Shown: positions 24,164 to 32,000 of the stretch, piece after piece | How positions within the stretch are numbered: the first letter of the stretch is position 1 | Layout of the letters: each line of letters opens with the position of its first letter | Origin: Alphaproteobacteria bacterium | GTDB lineage: Bacteria; Pseudomonadota; Alphaproteobacteria; UBA9219 | Assembly (NCBI GenBank): GCA_049276515.1 | Contig: JBASWO010000070.1 | Coordinates: 1 to 32,000 of the forward strand | Direction of reading: 5' to 3' | Length of the DNA stretch: 32,000 nt | Notes under the pieces: model-generated | Database searches by the model: none | Told to the model about the DNA's origin: nothing | Seen by the model: only the letters and a program-made list of their open reading frames with translations | Position numbers and translations under genes: made by a program

Positions 24164-24868
24164 TTAAGCGAGATCGAACAGCAGGATTTCGCTGTCTTCT
24201 GCTGCTGTGAACTTTACAGTGCCGCCATCTTCCCAATTCACACCATCACCTGCTTTCAGGGTTTGACCATCAAGCATGGCATGACCTTTTGCCATTTGCG
24301 CCCAAGCACCGCGACCTTCACGCAATGTGAATGTCGCTGTATCGCCTTTCTTCAATTTTGCGAGATAAAGGTCAGCATCTTGCTGCATGCTAATGGATCC
24401 ATCTCGTCCATCTTGTGATGCAATCAAACCGAACTTTCCTGTGACAGATTCAACATTGATCGGTTGCTGTGCATAAGAAGGGGAATGGCCGCGCCTGTCC
24501 GGCATGATCCAGATTTGTAAAAGATGAACCTGATTTTTATCAGAGGCATTAAATTCACTATGCGTAATGCCTGTACCGGCACTCATGCGTTGAATTTCGC
24601 CAGGTTTAATAGTGGCGCCATTGCCAAGACTATCTTTATGGGCAAGCTCGCCTTCCATCACATAAGTGATGATTTCCATATCCCTATGGGGATGCATCGG
24701 AAAGCCGCCGCCAGCTGCTACGTAATCCTCATTGATCACGCGCAGATTGCGAAAGCCCATATGAGCAGGATCGTGATAATCCGCGAAGGAAAAGCTGAAA
24801 TAACTATCCAACCAATAGGCGCCGCCGCGGCCTCTTTGATCAGAAGGGCGAAGTGTGAATTGTGTCAT
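24164..24868 (-). CDS. Pirin family protein (YhhW-like, quercetin 2,3-dioxygenase type)
   Basis: I chose the start at the internal Met (MTQFTLRPSDQRGRG) by alignment to my recollection of the E. coli YhhW N terminus. Motifs are WLDSYFSFSFADYHDP..MGF..LRVINED, the cupin metal site FPMHPHRDMEIITYVMEG, and MSAGTGITHSE. Confidence 0.88.
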   Translation of the reverse strand: MTQFTLRPSDQRGRGGAYWLDSYFSFSFADYHDPAHMGFRNLRVINEDYVAAGGGFPMHPHRDMEIITYVMEGELAHKDSLGNGATIKPGEIQRMSAGTGITHSEFNASDKNQVHLLQIWIMPDRRGHSPSYAQQPINVESVTGKFGLIASQDGRDGSISMQQDADLYLAKLKKGDTATFTLREGRGAWAQMAKGHAMLDGQTLKAGDGVNWEDGGTVKFTAAEDSEILLFDLA

Positions 24869-24943
24869 GCAGGATATATGGCGATCAAAGCGCACAATAA
24901 AAGATGCTGATTATTAGGATTGGGCGTTTACGATTTGGTGAGA

Positions 24944-25264
24944 TTAGTGAATCGTGCTGTCGCCACGGTGCGTGTCAGCCTGGCTATGCTCAAGCTTCGT
25001 TGACACATTCACCAGCTCTTGGCGTAGCCGCAAACCAGCCTGAGCCAAGTTCTGCAATTGCTGGTCATAATTATGTTGCTGCTTTTGCACCTGGGCGATC
25101 GCATCACCAAGACGTTGAGCGGTACGAACCTGTTGGTTAGCAGCTTCAGTTAAGGCTGTGCCCACTGTTTCCCGCAATTTGCGCAGCCATAGAACAGCCA
25201 CCACCACAAAACCTGTGGCAGAAAACGCTGTAACGGCGGCAAATATTAAAATCCAGTCCTGCAT
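24944..25264 (-). CDS. Membrane-anchored coiled-coil protein (106 aa), hypothetical
   Basis: An N-terminal TM helix (ILIFAAVTAFSATGFVVVAVLWL) is followed by a Q-rich helical segment. Confidence 0.5.
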   Translation of the reverse strand: MQDWILIFAAVTAFSATGFVVVAVLWLRKLRETVGTALTEAANQQVRTAQRLGDAIAQVQKQQHNYDQQLQNLAQAGLRLRQELVNVSTKLEHSQADTHRGDSTIH

Positions 25265-25314
25265 GGGAGGGCTCCTGATAGGTCACTATCCTAGCAAGAA
25301 TCGTACGTGTTTGG

Positions 25315-27312
25315 CTACCGCTTTAAGTCCTTGATAATCAAGAGAGGCGCCTGTCCACCATTTAAACGTGCACGGTAAATCTGCGTACTTTCTAAAATTC
25401 GCTGCACATAATTCCGCGTCTCAGAAATAGGGATGAGTTCAACCCAATCGACAGGATCGATATTTCCATCGCGCGGATCGCCTAATTCACGCACCCATTG
25501 GCGTGCCCGCGCAGGACCAGCGTTATAGGCTGAGAGGGCCAAAATATAAGAGCCACTAAAAATGGCTAGCTGGTTTTGCGCAAAAGTGGTGCCGAGGCGA
25601 ATATTATAATCTGAATTACCCAAGCTGCTTTCATGGAACTTAATCCCAATTTTTTTGGCAACTTCCTTAGCCGTACGCGGCATTAGCTGCATAAGGCCAT
25701 GAGCTCCAACAGGACTTTTAGCGCTTGGGTTGAACATGCTTTCTTGACGGATCAGCGCGTGAATGAAGGCAGGCTCAGGATTGGATGGTAGTTTTTGATC
25801 GAGGATTGGATAACCACCAACCGACATCACCATATTTTTTTGGTTTGCAGCCTTGGCCGCTTCAATGGCTAAATCGGGGCGATTAATCTGATAGGCAAGC
25901 TCTGTCAGGAGCGCAAACTCAGAACGCTGTTTTGTATCTTCAGATAAGTTCTTAAAGAAAGTGCGGGCACGGTCTTCTTCGCCAATACTATGTAAACGCT
26001 CGACAGCACGCACCATATCGCGACTAAAAAACTTTTGCCGCACAGACGCAGGAATTTGGGGCTCAGGCATCGCCTGAATAGTTGGGTTGGCATAGAGGCG
26101 TGCCGCGGCTAATTGGCCGTAGTAAGTTGTATTGAGTGCAGCAGCAACTTCAAAAGCTTGGTTTGCGCTTTGTTTATCACCCAAGGCCTCGTAACTACGG
26201 GCTAGCCAATAAGCACCGCGCGAGCGGGAAATAGGTGTTGATGAGCTATCATACAGGATCTGAAAATGCCGTCTTGCGCGCTCAGGCTCATTGAGAAAGC
26301 GTAAAGCAAGCCAGCCCGCTAAAAATTCGGCTTGGGTAATTGTCTTATTATCGAGCTGGCCATGATCTGACGAAAGACGGTAAGCCGTATTAAAATCACG
26401 CTGCTCGATGCTGCGGCGGATCATAATATTGCGTTGATCCCACCAAGGCTCAGCCCTGCCTAAAACATCAGGCGCATTCCGCAGAATATCCAGAGCTTCA
26501 TCATTACGGTCATTACGGACATACCAGCGCAAACGTTCATAGAGAAGGCCGGGATCGCTTCTGCCATAGCCTGTAACGCGGTTGAGAAAGGCATCGGGAT
26601 TGCGATTTTGATTGGCAAGTGCCAACCGTGCATCAGCAACAGCTTGGGCAGTATCATCAACATAGGCATACATGCGACGTGCGCCGATGCTGTCATTCTT
26701 CCAGAGAAGACGATCGAGCTTAGCTCTGTGATCATCAGCATTTAAAGAGTTGCCATAACGATTATAAAAGCTTGATAAATCGTCATTGCTAAAATCACTT
26801 TCAACCCAACGCGCACGCGCAAGTCGCTGGATACTTTGTGTATCGCCCAATGCCGCCAAGGCTTCCATATAGCGGTTAAAACCAAATAAGGTTGCAGGTG
26901 GATAAGCTGTAAACCAATTGACCGTTTCTGTTGGCCCCCAGTTCGGCATTTTCTGTTCTGCAATCATCAAAATTCCCTTTTGGCCGGGCCATTCAGGGTT
27001 ATTTTTGAGGAAGGATGCCATTTCAGTAAAAGGCACATCATTACCAGGCTGTGCCATGTAATAGGCTTTGAGGACTTTATTTAAAACCGTATCACGGCCA
27101 CGGAGGGCGAGAAGTATGGCTGGTTCAGAGCGGCTCGAATCTAAACTGTCAAAAGCTCGTTTATAATTCTGGAGTTCAGAAGGAGCTGCTTTTGCTGGTT
27201 TCTGCGCTTTGCCAGGTTTCGTGGCACCCATCAGGAGTGGTGCGCATAAAAGGAGCAGGAGGGCGAGGGCAAGGCGTTTCATGGATTGAGGAGTTAACAG
27301 ATTATTCCCCAT
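25315..27312 (-). CDS. slt: Soluble lytic murein transglycosylase (Slt70-like)
   Basis: The protein has a signal peptide, a long superhelical N-terminal domain and a C-terminal SLT catalytic motif ALIRQESMFNPSAKSPVGAHGLMQLMP...AYNAGP. Confidence 0.9.
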   Translation of the reverse strand: MGNNLLTPQSMKRLALALLLLLCAPLLMGATKPGKAQKPAKAAPSELQNYKRAFDSLDSSRSEPAILLALRGRDTVLNKVLKAYYMAQPGNDVPFTEMASFLKNNPEWPGQKGILMIAEQKMPNWGPTETVNWFTAYPPATLFGFNRYMEALAALGDTQSIQRLARARWVESDFSNDDLSSFYNRYGNSLNADDHRAKLDRLLWKNDSIGARRMYAYVDDTAQAVADARLALANQNRNPDAFLNRVTGYGRSDPGLLYERLRWYVRNDRNDEALDILRNAPDVLGRAEPWWDQRNIMIRRSIEQRDFNTAYRLSSDHGQLDNKTITQAEFLAGWLALRFLNEPERARRHFQILYDSSSTPISRSRGAYWLARSYEALGDKQSANQAFEVAAALNTTYYGQLAAARLYANPTIQAMPEPQIPASVRQKFFSRDMVRAVERLHSIGEEDRARTFFKNLSEDTKQRSEFALLTELAYQINRPDLAIEAAKAANQKNMVMSVGGYPILDQKLPSNPEPAFIHALIRQESMFNPSAKSPVGAHGLMQLMPRTAKEVAKKIGIKFHESSLGNSDYNIRLGTTFAQNQLAIFSGSYILALSAYNAGPARARQWVRELGDPRDGNIDPVDWVELIPISETRNYVQRILESTQIYRARLNGGQAPLLIIKDLKR

Positions 27313-27384
27313 CCGTCACCCCTAAGAGCCCTCTCTATGACGAATATGTTGTTGCGCCTGTCCGGGTAGGCTAAATCTCTTTCT

Positions 27385-27870
27385 ATGAGTGATAAAGCAA
27401 CCGAACGAGCTAAGGCCCAACGCTATGTGGCGATGAACCGCAAGGCGCGCCATGACTATTTTATTACGGATACCGTTGAAGCTGGAATTGTATTGGTGGG
27501 CACGGAAGTAAAGTCTTTACGCACTGGCCAAGCGAGTATTCAAGAATCTTTTGCAGGTCCTAAAGATGGCGCGCTCTATCTCCTCAATTGCTATATCCCT
27601 GAATATAAGCAGGCTGGTGAGCATCTTCAGCATGAAACGCGTCGTCCACGGCAACTTCTTTTGCACAAACGCGAAATGAGTAAGCTGATGGGACAAGTCA
27701 AACGTGAGGGTGTAACGCTCGTCCCTTTAGGTGTTTATTTCAATAAACGCGGTATAGCGAAGGTTGAACTCGGCCTCGCCAAGGGCAAGCACAAGGCCGA
27801 TAAACGCGAGACGATTAAGAAACGTGAGTTTGATCGCGAAAAAGCAAGAGCTATGCGTGCGAAAAATTAG
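27385..27870 (+). CDS. smpB: SsrA-binding protein SmpB
   Basis: NRKARHDYFI, GTEVKSLR and LLLHKRE motifs are present, with a basic C-terminal tail. The protein is 161 aa. Confidence 0.95.
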   Translation: MSDKATERAKAQRYVAMNRKARHDYFITDTVEAGIVLVGTEVKSLRTGQASIQESFAGPKDGALYLLNCYIPEYKQAGEHLQHETRRPRQLLLHKREMSKLMGQVKREGVTLVPLGVYFNKRGIAKVELGLAKGKHKADKRETIKKREFDREKARAMRAKN

Positions 27871-28468
27871 CGTGCAATCGATCAAGCACTTTTTGTAAGC
27901 TTTCGATTGCACGAGGTGTAGTGAGGCCCATCTGATATTTAGCTATTTCTAAAATACTATCATCTTTCGGCACGAGAGCGTGAGGATGTGCATTGAGGAT
28001 TTCTGTAGCAGTTGCAACGAGCTGGGTTTCTAGCCTTTCCGCATTCGTTACATCTTCTAACTTATAGAGGAGTCGTCCTGCTGTTAAAGATATACCTGTT
28101 TCCGCAAAAGCGCGAACGATAGCTCCGGCTGGGTAGGCAGCTTCAATATAAGGACCAAATTCGGAAGGATTGAGAGGTGAGTTCCATTCTTCTTTAGCGC
28201 CTGTATATCCAGCAAGTTCAATAATTTTTGCATGCGTAGCGTGTTCGTAAAGCTCTTGCGATAAAGCTTGAGTTCTTGAGCGTTCATCTTGCTCTTGGAG
28301 CGTTAATGGTGTTTTGCGGTCTAGCTCAAGAATACGCATAGATGCTTTCATCATATGAGATGCGTACACATCATAAATAAATTTAGCGGCGATTGAGACG
28401 TCAACCCAAGTACTCGGTGCCATTTCAACCACTTCACTTATTACAGAAACTTGCGAAATATTGCTCAT
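27851..28468 (-). CDS. Hypothetical protein (orphan, 205 aa)
   Basis: The ORF looks soluble and helical with no recognised motif. Its 3' end overlaps the smpB 3' end by 20 nt. Confidence 0.5.
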   Translation of the reverse strand: MSNISQVSVISEVVEMAPSTWVDVSIAAKFIYDVYASHMMKASMRILELDRKTPLTLQEQDERSRTQALSQELYEHATHAKIIELAGYTGAKEEWNSPLNPSEFGPYIEAAYPAGAIVRAFAETGISLTAGRLLYKLEDVTNAERLETQLVATATEILNAHPHALVPKDDSILEIAKYQMGLTTPRAIESLQKVLDRLHANFSHA

Positions 28469-28603
28469 GTTCGATCAGTAGAAAATTATATGAATATCCC
28501 CACAAAATAGCATATTTCGGGCATGAAAAATACTTTCGCAGATTGACGGGTCAATCTTTAAGTCTCTGATATTGAAGTGATTAAGCAGTGGAAAAAGCTA
28601 TTT

Positions 28604-30214
28604 TTACGCTCGATGCCGGGTTTCAAGGTTAAGGGCAGCAGCTAGAAGTGTTTTTGTATATTCTTCTTTGGGTTGCGCAAAAAGTGCGGCTGCAGGCCCT
28701 TGCTCAACAGCTTTTCCATCTTTCATGACAACCACATAATGTGAGAGCGCTTTGATGACGCGTAAATCATGACTGATAAACATAAATGCAAGATCATGTT
28801 TACGCTGAAGATCCCGTAAAAGATCAACAATCTGCGCTTGCACGGACATATCCAAAGCAGATGTTGGCTCATCAAGCACAATAAATTTAGGTTTTAGAAT
28901 AATGGCACGCGCAATCGCGATACGTTGACGCTGGCCACCAGAGAACTCATGCGGGTAACGATTGCGCAAGGCTGGATCAAGTCCAACTTCTTGTAAAGCA
29001 TCGCTGATGCGTTGATCGCGATCTGTCTTTGACATGCCAGGCTGATGAATATCGAGACCTTCTGCAATAATATCACCGATCGACATACGGGGGCTAAGGC
29101 TGCCGTAGGGATCTTGAAAGACCACCTGCATCTCACGGCGCATAGGGCGTAAATCACCACGGGATAGGTTCTGTAATTCTTTTCCCATAAAAACAATTGT
29201 GCCCGTGGACGCAAGTAGACGTAAAAGGCCAAGGCCCAATGTAGTTTTGCCTGATCCAGATTCACCCACCACACCAATCGTCTGACCTGCCTTCACGCTG
29301 AGGGAGACGCCATCGACAGCGCGAATAAAATCAACCGTTTTGCGTAAAATGCCCTTCTTAATAGGAAAATGAACTTTGATATCATCGCCACGCATAATTT
29401 CTGGCGCATCGGCTTTGATTGTGAGGGCATCACCTTTGGGCTCGGCTGCTAATAAGAGTTTTGTATAAGCATGTTGAGGGCTTGCGAATAATTGGGTGAC
29501 AGAAGCCTGCTCAACAATCGCACCTTTTTGCATAACAGAAACTTTATCAGCAACTTTGCGGACAATGCTGAGATCGTGCGTAATCAGAAGAAGCGCCATA
29601 CCAAGACGTTTGGATAAATCTTTCAAGAGCGCCAGGATTTGCGCTTGGATAGTAACATCAAGGGCTGTTGTAGGCTCATCCGCAATTAAAATGGCAGGAT
29701 CATTGGCAAGCGCCATCGCAATCATCACACGCTGACGCTGGCCACCTGATAATTCATGTGGGTAAGCATTGAGGCGTTCTTCCGCGCGCGGGAGGGCAAC
29801 AAGCTTGAGGAGTTCAAGTGTGCGTGCCCGTGCCTGATCGGAATTCATTTTTTTATGAATGAACAAAACTTCACTGATCTGTTTCTCAATCGTGTGCAAA
29901 GGATTGAGTGAGGTCATAGGTTCTTGGAAAATCATCGCTATGCGATTGCCACGAATGCTACGCAAAATATTCTCAGATGATCCAACCAGTTCTTGGCCTT
30001 CAAACTGAATGCTACCGCTGGGGTGCCAGGCATTGGGATAAGGTAAAAGCTGCAAAATCGATAAAGCTGTCACGGATTTGCCGGAACCAGACTCGCCAAC
30101 TAGGGCCATAGTCTCGCCACGCTCAAGTGTGAAAGAGATCTGCTTCACAGCCTCAAAAGCCGAAGATCCATGGCCAAATGTTACACTGAGATTATCGACT
30201 TTGAGCAGGGTCAT
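28604..30214 (-). CDS. yejF: ABC transporter ATP-binding protein with duplicated ATPase domains (YejF-like, peptide/microcin C-type importer)
   Basis: There are two Walker A motifs ([16 protein letters not shown]), two LSGGQRQR signatures and two Walker B motifs. The sequence is collinear with E. coli YejF as I recall it. Confidence 0.88.
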   Translation of the reverse strand: MTLLKVDNLSVTFGHGSSAFEAVKQISFTLERGETMALVGESGSGKSVTALSILQLLPYPNAWHPSGSIQFEGQELVGSSENILRSIRGNRIAMIFQEPMTSLNPLHTIEKQISEVLFIHKKMNSDQARARTLELLKLVALPRAEERLNAYPHELSGGQRQRVMIAMALANDPAILIADEPTTALDVTIQAQILALLKDLSKRLGMALLLITHDLSIVRKVADKVSVMQKGAIVEQASVTQLFASPQHAYTKLLLAAEPKGDALTIKADAPEIMRGDDIKVHFPIKKGILRKTVDFIRAVDGVSLSVKAGQTIGVVGESGSGKTTLGLGLLRLLASTGTIVFMGKELQNLSRGDLRPMRREMQVVFQDPYGSLSPRMSIGDIIAEGLDIHQPGMSKTDRDQRISDALQEVGLDPALRNRYPHEFSGGQRQRIAIARAIILKPKFIVLDEPTSALDMSVQAQIVDLLRDLQRKHDLAFMFISHDLRVIKALSHYVVVMKDGKAVEQGPAAALFAQPKEEYTKTLLAAALNLETRHRA

Positions 30215-31260
30215 GACTTACCCCCATGCATCTTGCGGGGATCATAAGCATCGCGCACAGCCTCACCGATAAAAATCAGTAAAGTCAGCATGAATGCCAG
30301 AACACAGAAGGCGCTAATGCCAAGCCAAGGGGCCTGAAGATTGTTTTTACCCTGATTGAGAAGTTCACCCAGTGAAGGTGAGCCAGGTGGCAAACCGAAG
30401 CCAAGAAAATCAAGAGCTGTAAGCGTCGTAATTGATTGATTGAGGATAAAAGGCATAAAAGTCAGTGTCGCCACCATAGCGTTTGGCAAGACATGCTTAA
30501 ACATGATGTTGATATCGCCACCACCTAAAGCTTTGGCTGCGCGTACATAATCAAAATTGCGCGCACGTAAAAATTCAGCGCGTACGACATGGACAAGCGA
30601 CATCCATGAAAACAACAACATGAGAATGAGAAGCCACCAAAAATTGGGCTGCACGAGACTGGCCATAATGATGAGGAGGTAAAGCACGGGCATACCGCCC
30701 CAAATTTCAATGAAGCGTTGCATCAGAAGATCAGTAAGGCCACCAAAATAACCCTGCACCGCACCAGCTGCGATGCCGATGATGGATGAAAAGAGAGTGA
30801 GGGTTAGGCCAAATAAAACGGAAATACGAAATCCGTAGATGACGCGTGCTAAGACATCACGGCCCTGATCATCTGTGCCCAGCCAATTTTCACGATCAGG
30901 AGGTGATGGCGCGGGCTGGCTCAAATTATAATTGATCGTGTTGTAAGAATAGGGAATAGCTGGCCAAATCATCCAGCCTTTTTCAGATATCAGTTTTTTG
31001 ACATAAGGATCGCGGTAACGCGTCTCTGTTTCAAACTCACCACCAAAGGCCGTTTCTGGATAGCTCACAAATGTTGGATAATAATAACGTCCATCAAATT
31101 TTATGAGCAGGGGATTATCATTCGCGACAAATTCTGCAAACAAAGTAACCGTGAAAAGAATGAGAAAAATCCACAATGCCCAAAAGCCCCGCTTATTAGC
31201 ACGGAAATTGGCCCAGCGGCGCTGGTTGAGCGGCGTCCAGTTGCGTGGTGATAGGCTCAT
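30211..31260 (-). CDS. yejE: ABC transporter permease YejE-like
   Basis: [56 protein letters not shown] and [21 protein letters not shown] closely follow E. coli YejE. The gene overlaps yejF by 4 nt. Confidence 0.88.
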   Translation of the reverse strand: MSLSPRNWTPLNQRRWANFRANKRGFWALWIFLILFTVTLFAEFVANDNPLLIKFDGRYYYPTFVSYPETAFGGEFETETRYRDPYVKKLISEKGWMIWPAIPYSYNTINYNLSQPAPSPPDRENWLGTDDQGRDVLARVIYGFRISVLFGLTLTLFSSIIGIAAGAVQGYFGGLTDLLMQRFIEIWGGMPVLYLLIIMASLVQPNFWWLLILMLLFSWMSLVHVVRAEFLRARNFDYVRAAKALGGGDINIMFKHVLPNAMVATLTFMPFILNQSITTLTALDFLGFGLPPGSPSLGELLNQGKNNLQAPWLGISAFCVLAFMLTLLIFIGEAVRDAYDPRKMHGGKS

Positions 31261-32000
31261 GTACCGCGTGCCTCAAAATCAATACGCGGATCCGTTGCAA
31301 CATAGGCTAAATCACCGACTAAATTCATAATGAGGCCGAGCAGTGTAAAGAAATAAAGCGTGCCAAACATAACCGGATAATCACGGTTGATCGCAGATTC
31401 AAAACCCAAGAGGCCCATACCATCAAGCGAGAAAATCACTTCAATGAGAAGCGAGCCCGTAAAAAGAATGGAAATAAAGGCGCCTGGAAAACCGGCAATG
31501 ACAATGAGCATAGCGTTCCGAAACACATGGCCATAAAGCACGCGGTTTTCTTTGAGACCCTTGGCTCTCGCCGTCAGCACATATTGTTTATTGATCTCAT
31601 CTAAAAAGGAATTTTTAGTGAGCATGGTAAGGCTGGCAAAGCCACCGATGACCATAGCTGTTACAGGAAGGGTAATGTGCCAGAAATAATCCAAAATGCG
31701 ATGTGGCCAATCCATATCGCTCCAATTATCGGATATCAAACCGCGTAAAGGGAACCATTCGAAATAACGACCGCCCGAAAAAACAACAATTAAGAGAACG
31801 GCAAAGAGAAAACTGGGGATCGCATAGCCAGCAATAATAACGGCGCTACTCCAGATATCGAAATGTGTTCCATCTTTAACAGCTTTGCGAATGCCGAGCG
31901 GAATAGAAATGAGATAGACGATCAAAGTTGTCCAAAGCCCTAAAGAAATCGAGACAGGCATTTTGCTGACAACAAGATGAAAAACACTTTCATCACGAAA
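31257..32000 (-). CDS. yejB: ABC transporter permease YejB-like, 5' end truncated by the window edge
   Basis: The frame stays open upstream of the track's Met to nt 32000 ([21 protein letters not shown]...). The EAA-loop region is [24 protein letters not shown]. The gene overlaps yejE by 4 nt. Confidence 0.85.
   Translation of the reverse strand, partial: FRDESVFHLVVSKMPVSISLGLWTTLIVYLISIPLGIRKAVKDGTHFDIWSSAVIIAGYAIPSFLFAVLLIVVFSGGRYFEWFPLRGLISDNWSDMDWPHRILDYFWHITLPVTAMVIGGFASLTMLTKNSFLDEINKQYVLTARAKGLKENRVLYGHVFRNAMLIVIAGFPGAFISILFTGSLLIEVIFSLDGMGLLGFESAINRDYPVMFGTLYFFTLLGLIMNLVGDLAYVATDPRIDFEARGT

Noticed and set aside
27313-28603. Looked for a tmRNA (ssrA) gene near smpB
   Set aside because: The short spacers 27313-27384 and 28469-28603 contain no tRNA-Ala-like acceptor/T-arm and no tag reading frame that I can see. 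ssrA is probably elsewhere.
1-32000. CRISPR arrays, IS elements, transposases, integrases, prophage genes and rRNA
   Set aside because: I noticed no regularly spaced direct repeats, no terminal inverted repeats flanking an ORF, and no recombinase or transposase motifs in any supplied translation. The only repeats seen are short coding low-complexity tracts, such as the GCGTCA repeats that encode DADADA at about 7500-7520.

Overview
This is a chromosomal segment with alphaproteobacterial gene order: tRNA-Trp-secE-nusG, rplK-rplA-rplJ-rplL, a prepilin peptidase-murJ-trpS string, smpB, yejB/E/F, amt, gpt, a PiT transporter, slt and a pirin. About three quarters of the window is recognisable housekeeping. 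The rest, about 7.6 kb by my tally of the ORF lengths, is ORFs with no motif I can recognise, wedged tightly between conserved operons. The main signal is downstream of rplL. The gene ends at a strong intrinsic terminator, and where rpoB-rpoC normally follow there is a three-gene orphan cluster (16319-19814). The third gene of that cluster is preceded by two perfect CRP-type palindromes (TGTGA-N6-TCACA) whose centres are 31 bp apart. The middle protein carries a roughly 40-aa internal repeat and an Arg/Lys-rich patch. Other points of interest:
- A TPR/GT9-like gene is inserted antisense between nusG and rplK.
- A VPLPA-CTERM sorting-signal protein sits next to ExoD.
- An MliC/PliC lysozyme-inhibitor lies in a two-gene unit.
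- There is a tandem pair of paralogous single-pass membrane proteins.
- A translationally coupled orphan pair lies upstream of a lone prepilin peptidase.
- Several convergent genes overlap at their 3' ends.
I saw no CRISPR array, IS element, integrase, rRNA or tmRNA. All functional calls rest on motifs read by eye from the supplied translations. No database search was run.
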